A stretch of 64,000 nt of DNA from Flavobacteriaceae bacterium (lineage in GTDB: Bacteria > Bacteroidota > Bacteroidia > Flavobacteriales > Flavobacteriaceae), in assembly GCA_024763365.1 (NCBI GenBank), contig JANTFO010000001.1, forward strand, positions 14,241 to 78,240, written 5' to 3'. The position numbers were made by a program, and so were the translations under genes. Positions 1 through 8,353 of the stretch are shown one piece after another. Every line of letters starts with the position of its first letter. Position 1 is the stretch's first letter. The notes under the pieces were generated by a model that made no database searches, had not been told where the DNA came from, and saw only the letters and a program-made list of their open reading frames with translations.

Positions 1-249
1 AATATAAACCGTGTAGCTTATGTAGGTGTCAATCTAGATACTTTGCAGAAGCTTGCTGACGAAGGTAAAATTAAAGATACTATAGAAGGTAAAACTTTCG
101 TTGAGCTAGGTTTAGCTGGAAAAAATGATTTGGTTAAAGTATTAGGAAGAGGAGCACTCAAAGCCAAATTGAATATTAGCGCAGACAAATTTTCAAAATC
201 CGCTATACAAGCTATTGAAAAAGCAGGCGGAACAGCAACTGAATTATAA
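1..249 (+). CDS. rplO: 50S ribosomal protein L15, C-terminal part (5' end lies outside the window)
   Basis: Frame 1 is open from nt 1. The tail ...VLGRGALKAKLNISADKFSKSAIQAIEKAGG is typical of L15, and the gene sits directly upstream of secY as in the conserved spc cluster. Confidence 0.85.
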   Translation, partial: NINRVAYVGVNLDTLQKLADEGKIKDTIEGKTFVELGLAGKNDLVKVLGRGALKAKLNISADKFSKSAIQAIEKAGGTATEL

Positions 250-257
250 TACGATCA

Positions 258-1583
258 ATGAAGAAATTTATAAAAACCATACAAGATATTTGGAGGATCG
301 AAGAATTGAGAAATAAATTAATTCTCACATTAGGTTTCATGGCTGTTTACCGTTTCTTAGCGCAGGTTTCACTTCCAGGTATTGATATGTCTCAATTGGG
401 CCAGTCCTCAAATATTCAAGGTGGTTTATTAGGTATCATTAATGCTTTTACAGGAGGTGCCTTTTCTAGTGCTTCCATCATGGCATTAGGTGTCATGCCT
501 TATATTTCGGCTTCTATTGTGGTTCAGTTGATGAGTATAGCTGTGCCATATTTACAAAAATTGGACAAAGATGGTGAAAGCGGAAGAAACAGAAAAACAC
601 AGATCACCCGTTGGTTAACTATTTTAATCACTTTAGTGCAAGGCCCTGCTTATATTACTAATATGGGACGTATAGGTATTCCTGAAAGTGCATTTACCAT
701 GGGGCATGGCGGTTTATTCTTTATTACAGCATTAGTGTTGTTGATGACAGGATCTATTTTTGCTATGTGGTTAGGTGAGAAAATTACAGATAAAGGTATC
801 GGAAACGGTATCTCTCTGTTGATTATGGTAGGTATTATGGCACGATTCCCCGGCTCTTTTATGAATGAATTTACTTCTAAGCTATCTGCCGGACAGGGTG
901 CTTTGATTATGATATTATTAGAAATAGTGGTATGGTTCTTAGTCATTTTAGCTTCCGTATATTTAGTTACAGCTGTGAGAAGAGTGACAGTGCAATATGC
1001 GAGACGATCTGTAATTGGTAATATACAATCAGTAGGAAGTGCGAGAGATTATCTACCTTTAAGATTGAATTCTGCAGGGGTTATGCCTATCATCTTTGCG
1101 CAAGCTTTGATGTTTGTACCTGCACTTTTAGCGCAATCAGAAACTGAATGGGTGAAAGGAATTGGAATAGAATTCCAAAATATGTTTGGTCTATGGTATA
1201 ATGTATTGTTTGCTGTATTAATAATCATATTTAGTTATTTTTATACGGCTATTACTATTCCAACCAATAAAATGGCAGACGATCTTAAAAGAGGAAATGG
1301 TTTTATTCCGGGGGTTAAACCGGGACATGCAACGGCAGAATTGTTAGATAGTATTTTATCAAGAATCACTTTACCGGGTTCCATTTTTTTAGCTTTAATA
1401 GCCATACTACCTGCTTTTGTAGTGCAGTTTGGAGTACAAGCTAATTGGGCATTATTCTACGGTGGTACTTCTTTATTGATTATGGTAGGAGTGGCCATTG
1501 ATACGATACAGCAGATCAATGCTTATTTGTTAAACCATCATTATGATGGATTATTGAAATCGGGAACAGCAAGAAGAAAATAA
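258..1583 (+). CDS. secY: preprotein translocase subunit SecY
   Basis: 441 aa, multi-pass membrane protein with SecY-like sequence throughout, in the conserved position L15-SecY-IF1. Confidence 0.97.
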   Translation: MKKFIKTIQDIWRIEELRNKLILTLGFMAVYRFLAQVSLPGIDMSQLGQSSNIQGGLLGIINAFTGGAFSSASIMALGVMPYISASIVVQLMSIAVPYLQKLDKDGESGRNRKTQITRWLTILITLVQGPAYITNMGRIGIPESAFTMGHGGLFFITALVLLMTGSIFAMWLGEKITDKGIGNGISLLIMVGIMARFPGSFMNEFTSKLSAGQGALIMILLEIVVWFLVILASVYLVTAVRRVTVQYARRSVIGNIQSVGSARDYLPLRLNSAGVMPIIFAQALMFVPALLAQSETEWVKGIGIEFQNMFGLWYNVLFAVLIIIFSYFYTAITIPTNKMADDLKRGNGFIPGVKPGHATAELLDSILSRITLPGSIFLALIAILPAFVVQFGVQANWALFYGGTSLLIMVGVAIDTIQQINAYLLNHHYDGLLKSGTARRK

Positions 1584-1589
1584 TTTTAT

Positions 1590-1805
1590 ATGGCTAAACA
1601 ACCCGCAATAGAACAAGATGGCACCATTACTGAAGCATTGTCAAATGCAATGTTTCGTGTGGAATTGGAAAATGGACATATAGTTACAGCTCATATCTCC
1701 GGTAAGATGCGTATGCATTATATCAAATTATTACCTGGGGACAAGGTGAAATTAGAAATGAGCCCATATGATCTGTCCAAAGCACGTATAACATATAGAT
1801 ATTAA
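1590..1805 (+). CDS. infA: translation initiation factor IF-1
   Basis: 71 aa. The S1-like IF-1 sequence ([20 protein letters not shown]...[19 protein letters not shown]) is unmistakable. Confidence 0.97.
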   Translation: MAKQPAIEQDGTITEALSNAMFRVELENGHIVTAHISGKMRMHYIKLLPGDKVKLEMSPYDLSKARITYRY

Positions 1806-1884
1806 CCCCAGCCCATGAATTCATTCATGAATAATGATAAGAATTCATTGATGGGAACAGAATAAAGAACAACGAAACAAAATC

Positions 1885-2001
1885 ATGAAAGTAAGAGCAT
1901 CCTTAAAGAAAAGATCTGCCGACGACATCATTGTTCGTCGTAAGGGAAAATTATATGTAATCAACAAAAAGAATCCAAAACATAAACAAAGACAAGGATA
2001 A
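1885..2001 (+). CDS. rpmJ: 50S ribosomal protein L36
   Basis: Not in the supplied ORF track because it is under 60 aa. My translation from the ATG at 1885 is [38 protein letters not shown] followed by stop (38 aa). This is a classic L36 and sits between infA and rpsM. Confidence 0.9.
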   Translation: MKVRASLKKRSADDIIVRRKGKLYVINKKNPKHKQRQG

Positions 2002-2003
2002 TT

Positions 2004-2378
2004 ATGGCAAGAATAGCAGGTATAGACATTCCTAACAACAAAAGAGGTGAGGTCGCCCTTACCTACATTTATGGAGTTGGTAGAAGTAGAGCAAGGACTA
2101 TTTTGAACAATGCTGGTGTTGATACTAGTATCAAAGTACAAGATTGGACTGATGAGCAAATCGCAAAGATTCGTGAAGAAGCCGGTAATTTTACCATTGA
2201 AGGTGAATTACGTTCTGAGAATAGATTGAGCATCAAACGCTTAATGGATATAGGTTCTTACAGAGGTATCCGCCATCGTACCGGCTTACCCTTAAGAGGT
2301 CAAAAGACGAAGAATAATTCTCGTACTAGAAAAGGTAAACGTAAAACAGTTGCCAATAAAAAAATAGCAACTAAATAA
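2004..2378 (+). CDS. rpsM: 30S ribosomal protein S13
   Basis: 124 aa starting [10 protein letters not shown]..., with a basic C-terminus; conserved operon position. Confidence 0.97.
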   Translation: MARIAGIDIPNNKRGEVALTYIYGVGRSRARTILNNAGVDTSIKVQDWTDEQIAKIREEAGNFTIEGELRSENRLSIKRLMDIGSYRGIRHRTGLPLRGQKTKNNSRTRKGKRKTVANKKIATK

Positions 2379-2388
2379 TAATTAGAAT

Positions 2389-2775
2389 ATGGCTAAAAAG
2401 ACTGTACAAAAGAAGCGAAAAGTAGTAGTAGAAGCTATCGGTGAAGCACACATTCACGCATCATTTAATAATATTATAGTTTCTTTGACTAATAAAAATG
2501 GAGAAGTGATCGCTTGGTCATCTGCAGGTAAAATGGGTTTTAGAGGTTCTAAAAAGAACACACCTTATGCAGCTCAATTAGCGGCGGAAGATGCCACAAC
2601 AATCGCATACGAAGCAGGATTGAGAAAAGTAAAAGTATTTGTGAAAGGACCTGGTTCCGGTAGAGAATCAGCAATCAGATCTATTCATAATGGTGGTATT
2701 CTTGTTACCGAAATTGTTGACGTTACACCTTTACCACACAATGGTTGTAGACCACCTAAAAGAAGAAGAGTATAA
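2389..2775 (+). CDS. rpsK: 30S ribosomal protein S11
   Basis: 128 aa with S11 sequence (...[27 protein letters not shown]...[16 protein letters not shown]). Confidence 0.97.
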   Translation: MAKKTVQKKRKVVVEAIGEAHIHASFNNIIVSLTNKNGEVIAWSSAGKMGFRGSKKNTPYAAQLAAEDATTIAYEAGLRKVKVFVKGPGSGRESAIRSIHNGGILVTEIVDVTPLPHNGCRPPKRRRV

Positions 2776-2868
2776 TTAATATTAATAATCGTAGAAACGC
2801 AATCAGATTATCGAAGGATACATTCCAAGCCTTAATTCATAATCGTTACTACTTAATTTTAAATAACA

Positions 2869-3474
2869 ATGGCTAGATATACAGGACCAAAAACAAAAAT
2901 TGCCAGAAAATTCGGAGAGCCAATATTTGGACCCGATAAGAGTTTTGAAAAGAAAAAATACCCTCCGGGACAACATGGTGTAAATAAAAGACATGGAAAA
3001 AAGTCTGAATATGCCATTCAGTTGCAAGAAAAGCAAAAAGCAAAATATACCTACGGAATATTAGAAAGACAATTTCGAAACCTATTTAAAAAAGCACAAC
3101 GTAAGAGTGGTGTAACAGGTGAAATTCTTTTGCAACTTTGTGAATCAAGACTTGATAATGTAGTGTACAGATTTGGTATTGCTCCCAGTAGAAGAGCAGC
3201 ACGCCAGTTAGTCTCTCACAGACATATTACCGTTAATGGTGATATAGTTAATATTCCTTCTTATAATGTTAAGCCGGGTGATGTAGTAGGTGTTAGAGAA
3301 AAATCAAAATCTTTAGAAGCTATAGAAAGATCATTAGCCAACAGAAATGAGGTTTACGAATGGATGAGTTGGAATGCAGATACGAAACAAGGTACTTTTG
3401 TTTCGGTACCGGAAAGAATCCAAATTCCGGAAAATATAAACGAACAATATATCGTAGAGTTATATTCTAAATAA
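2869..3474 (+). CDS. rpsD: 30S ribosomal protein S4
   Basis: 201 aa starting MARYTGPK..., with an S4 domain; operon position. Confidence 0.97.
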   Translation: MARYTGPKTKIARKFGEPIFGPDKSFEKKKYPPGQHGVNKRHGKKSEYAIQLQEKQKAKYTYGILERQFRNLFKKAQRKSGVTGEILLQLCESRLDNVVYRFGIAPSRRAARQLVSHRHITVNGDIVNIPSYNVKPGDVVGVREKSKSLEAIERSLANRNEVYEWMSWNADTKQGTFVSVPERIQIPENINEQYIVELYSK

Positions 3475-3493
3475 TAAAGTTAATTACCCATAC

Positions 3494-4486
3494 ATGGCTA
3501 TATTAAATTTTCAAAAACCCGATAAAGTAGTAAAAATTTCTGCAAACGAGTTTGAAGGCAAGTTTGAATTCAGGCCTCTTGAACCTGGCTTTGGATTGAC
3601 CGTTGGTAATGCTTTGCGTAGAGTATTACTCTCCTCTCTGGAAGGTTTTGCAATTACTTCTGTCAGAATAGAAGGTGTAGAACATGAGTTTTCTACCATT
3701 TCTGGTGTAGTAGAAGATGTTACAGAAATTATATTAAACCTAAAACAAATACGTTTTAAACGTCAAATTGAGGATGTAGAAAACGAAAACGTATCTGTAG
3801 TGATTACTAAGAAAGAGCAATTCACCGCTGGAGATATCCAAAATTTTATTTCAGGATTTCAAGTATTGAATCCGGATTTGGTCATCTGTAATATGGAGAA
3901 AAATGTAAAACTTCACCTTGATTTAACGATCGAAAAAGGTAGAGGTTTTGTGCCTGCAGAAGAGAATAAAAAGTCTGGATTGCCTTTAGGGACTATATTT
4001 ACCGATTCTATTTTTACACCAATCAAACTAGTTAAATACGAAGTTGAGAATTATAGAGTAGAACAAAAAACGGATTACGAGAAATTAGTTTTTGACATTA
4101 AGACAGATGGATCAATTAATCCACAAGATGCTTTAACTGAGGCGGCCAAAATTCTTATCCAACATTTTATGTTATTCTCAGATGAGCGTATCACCATGGA
4201 TTTGGAAGAGATTACTCAAACAGAAACTTATGATGAAGAATCGCTCCATATGCGTCAATTGTTAAAAACCAAATTAGTAGATATGGATCTTTCTGTTCGT
4301 GCATTGAATTGTCTTAAAGCAGCCGAAGTAGAAACGCTTGGAGACTTGGTTTCATATCACAAAACAGATTTGATGAAGTTCAGAAATTTTGGTAAAAAAT
4401 CATTGACTGAATTGAGTGATTTGGTAGATGCTAAAAACTTGAGTTTTGGAATGGATCTTTCAAAATATAAATTAGACAAAGAATAA
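3494..4486 (+). CDS. rpoA: DNA-directed RNA polymerase subunit alpha
   Basis: 330 aa with N-terminal dimerisation domain sequence and a C-terminal domain helix-hairpin-helix ([21 protein letters not shown]). Confidence 0.97.
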   Translation: MAILNFQKPDKVVKISANEFEGKFEFRPLEPGFGLTVGNALRRVLLSSLEGFAITSVRIEGVEHEFSTISGVVEDVTEIILNLKQIRFKRQIEDVENENVSVVITKKEQFTAGDIQNFISGFQVLNPDLVICNMEKNVKLHLDLTIEKGRGFVPAEENKKSGLPLGTIFTDSIFTPIKLVKYEVENYRVEQKTDYEKLVFDIKTDGSINPQDALTEAAKILIQHFMLFSDERITMDLEEITQTETYDEESLHMRQLLKTKLVDMDLSVRALNCLKAAEVETLGDLVSYHKTDLMKFRNFGKKSLTELSDLVDAKNLSFGMDLSKYKLDKE

Positions 4487-4521
4487 TTGAATAACTGCCT
4501 GACAGTTAAATAGATAGTAAG

Positions 4522-5100
4522 ATGAGACACGGAAAAAAATTTAATCACTTAGGAAGAAAATCAGCTCATAGAACTGCCATGTTAGCCAATATGGGAAGTT
4601 CGCTGATAGAGCATAAACGTATTAATACAACTTTAGCAAAAGCCAAAGCATTACGTCAGTTTTTAGAGCCTATTATTACAAAATCTAAAAATGATACCAC
4701 ACATAACAGACGTATTGTATTTAAGTATTTACGAGATAAACATGCCGTTACTGAACTTTTTAAAAATGTTTCAGTCAAGATTGCTGATCGCCCAGGAGGC
4801 TATTTGAGAATCGTGAAATTAGGAAATCGTTTGGGAGATAATGCTGAAATGGCCATGATAGAATTTGTAGACTACAATGATGTGTACGCACCAAATGCAT
4901 CTAAAAAGAAATCTACTCGTAGAGGCCGTCGTAAAAAATCTAGTAGTGCTGAGGAAAAACCGGTAGAAGATACTAAACAGGCTGAAGAAGTAGTAAAGGA
5001 AAAAGAACCTAAAGCTGAAGTAGATACAAAAGTGGAGGCTTCAAAATCTACAGAAGCAAAAGATGCTGATGCTTCAGAGACACCTAAAACGGAAGAATAG
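4522..5100 (+). CDS. rplQ: 50S ribosomal protein L17, with a Lys/Glu-rich C-terminal extension
   Basis: Starts [17 protein letters not shown]..., the L17 signature. About 60 extra acidic/basic residues at the C-terminus. Confidence 0.95.
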   Translation: MRHGKKFNHLGRKSAHRTAMLANMGSSLIEHKRINTTLAKAKALRQFLEPIITKSKNDTTHNRRIVFKYLRDKHAVTELFKNVSVKIADRPGGYLRIVKLGNRLGDNAEMAMIEFVDYNDVYAPNASKKKSTRRGRRKKSSSAEEKPVEDTKQAEEVVKEKEPKAEVDTKVEASKSTEAKDADASETPKTEE

Positions 5101-5121
5101 TTTAGTTTAGGTTAATTTATT

Positions 5122-5152
5122 AAAGGGATAAGTTTCACTTATCCCTTTTTTT
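5122..5152 (+). terminator. Rho-independent terminator closing the ribosomal/rpoA operon
   Basis: Stem gggataagt (5125-5133) pairs with acttatccc (5137-5145) around a 3-nt loop, followed by a T-run. Confidence 0.7.
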
Positions 5153-5419
5153 GTAAGTATATACTAAAATGTTTTGATAGTTCTTATACCAAATGAAATA
5201 AATATTTAGGCTAAAGATTGTGTAAGAAAAATTTCAAAGATTAAGTCAAAAAACGTAGGTATAGCCTAAGTTATGACGAGGCTTTTTGGTGATAATATTT
5301 GGAATTATTATAGCAAGATTGGACTAAATATTTGTTGCTTTTGGTATTATTTATAGAATCGGAGTTATAAAGTTATTTTAGTATACAAATCGTAAGTTTT
5401 TTAACTACTTTTGAAAACC

Positions 5420-6475
5420 ATGAATAGAAATGTTTTAATAAAAGTTTTTACGGAATTAGGTTTTGTTTTTAAAAAAGCTGTATCACATGAATCATTAGAA
5501 AGTGAGGATTGTAATGCTCTATTCTTAACAAGTCTTAAAAATGAAATAGATCAAGCGGTCAATTATAATCCATGGTTTACTAAAGAAAGTATAAGCTTTG
5601 TATTTCAAGCATGGGCTGAAGCTTTAGAAGAGAATAGTCTACAAAAATGGTTAGAATCTTATAACACCAGAGGACAGAATCCCAAAACGGTGTCTTTGAT
5701 TACTGCTGGTAACATACCAATGGTAGGTTTCCATGACTTTTTATCGGTGCTAATGTCAGGTAATAGCGTTCTGGTCAAACAATCCTCTAAGGATAATAGG
5801 TTATTACCCATTATAGCTAATTTTTTGATATGTAAATTGCCCGAATTAAAAAGCTATATCGAATTTACGGAGGATAAATTGACAAGTTTTGATGCTATTA
5901 TTGCCACAGGGAGCAATAATACATCACTTTACTTTGAGCAATATTTTGGGAAATACCCACATATCATAAGAAAAAACAGAAATGCAGTTGCTATACTTAC
6001 CGGTGAAGAGACAGAAGCAGATCTGCAAATGCTTGGAGATGATATTTTCAGGTATTTTGGAATGGGTTGTAGAAGTGTTTCTAAAATATTTATTCCTGAA
6101 AATTATGACATGAATAAGTTAGTTAAAGCCATTTATGATCAAAAAGACATCATCAATCACCATAAGTATAAAAACAACTATGATTACAACAGGGCAGTTT
6201 ATTTAATGGGAGGAGTACAAATCATAGATAATGGATTTGTTTTGTTCAAAGAGGATGTAAACTATGCCAGCCCTATAGCAGTTGTTTACTATGAGTATTT
6301 TAAAGATTTAAGCAGGCTAAAAACAAAATTACTAGCAGCTATTGATCAGATTCAATGTATTGTATCAAAGGAGAGCTTGTTAAAAGATTCAGTGCCATTT
6401 GGGAAAAGTCAAAAACCGGAACTTTGGGATTATGCCGATGGAGTAGACACGATGAAATTCCTCATGTCTCTTTAA
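5420..6475 (+). CDS. acyl-CoA reductase (LuxC-like) family protein
   Basis: About 351 aa from the ATG at 5420; the track starts at a TTG at 5411. Resembles the LuxC-type acyl-CoA reductases commonly annotated in Flavobacteriia. Recognised by overall resemblance only. Confidence 0.55.
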   Translation: MNRNVLIKVFTELGFVFKKAVSHESLESEDCNALFLTSLKNEIDQAVNYNPWFTKESISFVFQAWAEALEENSLQKWLESYNTRGQNPKTVSLITAGNIPMVGFHDFLSVLMSGNSVLVKQSSKDNRLLPIIANFLICKLPELKSYIEFTEDKLTSFDAIIATGSNNTSLYFEQYFGKYPHIIRKNRNAVAILTGEETEADLQMLGDDIFRYFGMGCRSVSKIFIPENYDMNKLVKAIYDQKDIINHHKYKNNYDYNRAVYLMGGVQIIDNGFVLFKEDVNYASPIAVVYYEYFKDLSRLKTKLLAAIDQIQCIVSKESLLKDSVPFGKSQKPELWDYADGVDTMKFLMSL

Positions 6476-6550
6476 ATAAGAAAGACTATTTTGAGTTATC
6501 TTTGCAAGCATCTGTCAATAAACACTCTATTATCTCAAGTATTTATGTTT

Positions 6551-6590
6551 CATATCTAACATCTCATATCTAACATCTCAAGTCTAAAAC
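6551..6590. repeat. phased heptamer array abutting the ychF start codon
   Basis: catatct aacatct catatct aacatct caagtct aaaac, then the ATG at 6591. A 14-nt unit is duplicated exactly. Confidence 0.9.
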
Positions 6591-7685
6591 ATGAAAGCAG
6601 GAATCGTAGGCTTACCCAATGTAGGCAAATCCACTTTATTCAATTGTTTGTCCAACGCTAAAGCACAGTCGGCAAATTATCCATTTTGTACAATAGAGCC
6701 TAATGTAGGCGTAATCAATGTTCCTGATGACAGAATAAATAAATTGGCCGAATTGGTCAATCCGCAACGAGTTCTACCGGCTACTGTAGAGATTGTAGAT
6801 ATTGCAGGCTTGGTAAGAGGGGCGAGCAAAGGAGAGGGATTAGGTAATCAGTTTTTAGGAAATATACGTGAAACAGATGCCATTATACATGTTTTACGTT
6901 GTTTTGAAAATGAAAATATCACTCATGTCGATACAACAATTGACCCTGTTCGAGATAAAGAGACCATAGATATAGAGTTGCAGATCAAGGATTTAGAAAC
7001 TATCGATAAAAAATTGGATAAAGTTTCACGTGCTGCCAGGACGGGAGATAAAGTAGCTCAAAAAGAGGCAGCAGTACTTATACATGTTAAAAATGAGTTG
7101 GAAGCCGGTAAATCTGTCAGAGCTATTGAACTGGCTACTAAGGAACGTGAAGAATATGTCATACCCTTACAGCTATTGACAGATAAACCTATTTTATATG
7201 TCTGCAATGTAGATGAAGCTTCTGCTATTTCGGGAAATCATCATGTAGATGCTTTGAAAGAAGCTGTTAAAGATGAGGAAGCAGAAGTACTTGTCTTAGC
7301 AGTTGCTACAGAAGCTGATATTGCCGAATTGGAAACTTATGATGAAAAACAATTGTTTTTAGAAGAGTTAGGCCTGGAAGAGCCTGGTGCATCCAGATTG
7401 ATACGTTCAGCCTATAAACTTTTAAAATTACAAACCTATTTCACAGCAGGCGAAAAAGAAGTAAGAGCCTGGACGATACATGTTGGAGATAAAGCACCGC
7501 AGGCTGCCGGAGTGATTCATACAGATTTTGAAAAGGGCTTTATCAGGGCAGAAGTTATCAAATATGACGATTATATTAAATATGGTTCTGAAGCCAAGGT
7601 TCGTGAAGCCGGTAAATTAGGTGTGGAAGGTAAAGAGTATGTCGTACAAGATGGCGATGTAATGCATTTTAGGTTTAATGTGTAG
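6591..7685 (+). CDS. ychF: redox-regulated ATPase YchF
   Basis: 364 aa with P-loop GLPNVGKST, the Obg-like GTPase fold and a C-terminal TGS-like domain sequence. Confidence 0.95.
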   Translation: MKAGIVGLPNVGKSTLFNCLSNAKAQSANYPFCTIEPNVGVINVPDDRINKLAELVNPQRVLPATVEIVDIAGLVRGASKGEGLGNQFLGNIRETDAIIHVLRCFENENITHVDTTIDPVRDKETIDIELQIKDLETIDKKLDKVSRAARTGDKVAQKEAAVLIHVKNELEAGKSVRAIELATKEREEYVIPLQLLTDKPILYVCNVDEASAISGNHHVDALKEAVKDEEAEVLVLAVATEADIAELETYDEKQLFLEELGLEEPGASRLIRSAYKLLKLQTYFTAGEKEVRAWTIHVGDKAPQAAGVIHTDFEKGFIRAEVIKYDDYIKYGSEAKVREAGKLGVEGKEYVVQDGDVMHFRFNV

Positions 7686-7711
7686 TTGATTTGTGATACC
7701 ATTATCAAATA

Positions 7712-8044
7712 TCAATAACGCATCAAGTCACCAATCGTTTTATGTATTTGGCTTAGTTCTTTTTTAGAAATTTGACCAATTTTTCTTTTTAATCGTTCTT
7801 TAGAAACCGAACGAACATGAAAAGTCAATATCTCAGATTTTTCGGTAAGCATATTTTGATTATTAGGTTCTAATACTACATTTCCTTTGAAAGATCTGAT
7901 TTTTGTTGTAAGCGGACATACTATGACGATATTGAGATTGTCATTTAATGCATTGCCACTTATTATCACGGCTGGCCTTCTCCCGGATTGTTCACTTCCT
8001 TTTACCGGGTTAAAATACATTTCCCAAATCTCAGCTTGCTTCAT
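7712..8044 (-). CDS. mazF: type II toxin, MazF/PemK family endoribonuclease
   Basis: 110 aa. The pattern ...FNPVKGSEQSGRRPAVIIS...IVCPLTTK... matches the MazF/PemK core. Overlaps the upstream small gene by 14 nt. Confidence 0.85.
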   Translation of the reverse strand: MKQAEIWEMYFNPVKGSEQSGRRPAVIISGNALNDNLNIVIVCPLTTKIRSFKGNVVLEPNNQNMLTEKSEILTFHVRSVSKERLKRKIGQISKKELSQIHKTIGDLMRY

Positions 8045-8279
8045 CGGTATTTGTGAGTTGATTTAAATAATCTGTCATGCCTTCTTCAGCAATTTGAAAA
8101 ATATCGGTATCATCTTTATATTGCTGAAAAGATTTGATATATTCTGCACGTTCCAATTGATCTAAGTACAAACTTAATGCTTTCTGAATCAATTTATTTT
8201 TGGGAATATTGAGTTTTTTTGCGTATTGGTTTAACTGTGCCAATAAACTATCCGGAAGTGTTGATGTAAATGTTGTCAT
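8031..8279 (-). CDS. cognate antitoxin (ribbon-helix-helix-like)
   Basis: 82 aa, directly upstream of and overlapping the MazF-family gene. N-terminal LPDSLLAQLNQYAKKLNIPKNKLIQKAL looks RHH-like; the tail is acidic. Confidence 0.6.
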   Translation of the reverse strand: MTTFTSTLPDSLLAQLNQYAKKLNIPKNKLIQKALSLYLDQLERAEYIKSFQQYKDDTDIFQIAEEGMTDYLNQLTNTDEAS

Positions 8280-8303
8280 AAATAAAAATATGTTTACATA
8301 TTA

Positions 8304-8336
8304 CAAATATAATAATATTTTAAATATTTAAATATT
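8304..8336 (-). promoter_or_regulatory. candidate toxin-antitoxin promoter with palindromic operator
   Basis: On the minus strand, tatatttg (8304-8311) fits the Bacteroidota -7 box TAnnTTTG, 25 nt before the antitoxin ATG. Just upstream are three tandem copies of the self-complementary octamer aaatattt (8314-8336), including a perfect 14-nt palindrome aatatttaaatatt (8323-8336). Confidence 0.3.
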
Positions 8337-8353
8337 AAGGATTGTATAAAGTT

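Noticed and set aside
650-946. Track ORFs lying antisense inside strongly recognisable genes. Examples: 650-946 in secY, 1845-2159 and 2803-3036 in the ribosomal operon, 15199-15678 and 15639-15935 in parE, 18133-18435 and 18639-18995 in parC, 25449-25949 in mreB, 47661-48056 in the kinase, 59393-59755 in the POT gene, and 61914-62282 in the PhoD-like gene.
   Set aside because: Each is fully nested on the opposite strand of a gene with clear family motifs. They have a low-complexity or hydrophobic composition typical of AT-rich antisense frames, and I recognised no motifs in any of them.
4900-5100. Lys/Glu-rich C-terminal extension of L17 as a novel domain.
   Set aside because: It is a low-complexity charged tail with no structure that I can infer from sequence. 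Extensions of this kind on ribosomal proteins are not unusual.
6355-6573. 72-aa ORF overlapping the 3' end of the LuxC-like gene and reading into the heptamer array.
   Set aside because: It is out of frame with a better-supported gene, and its tail is simply the translated repeat (…SIISSIYVSYLTSHI). Most likely spurious.
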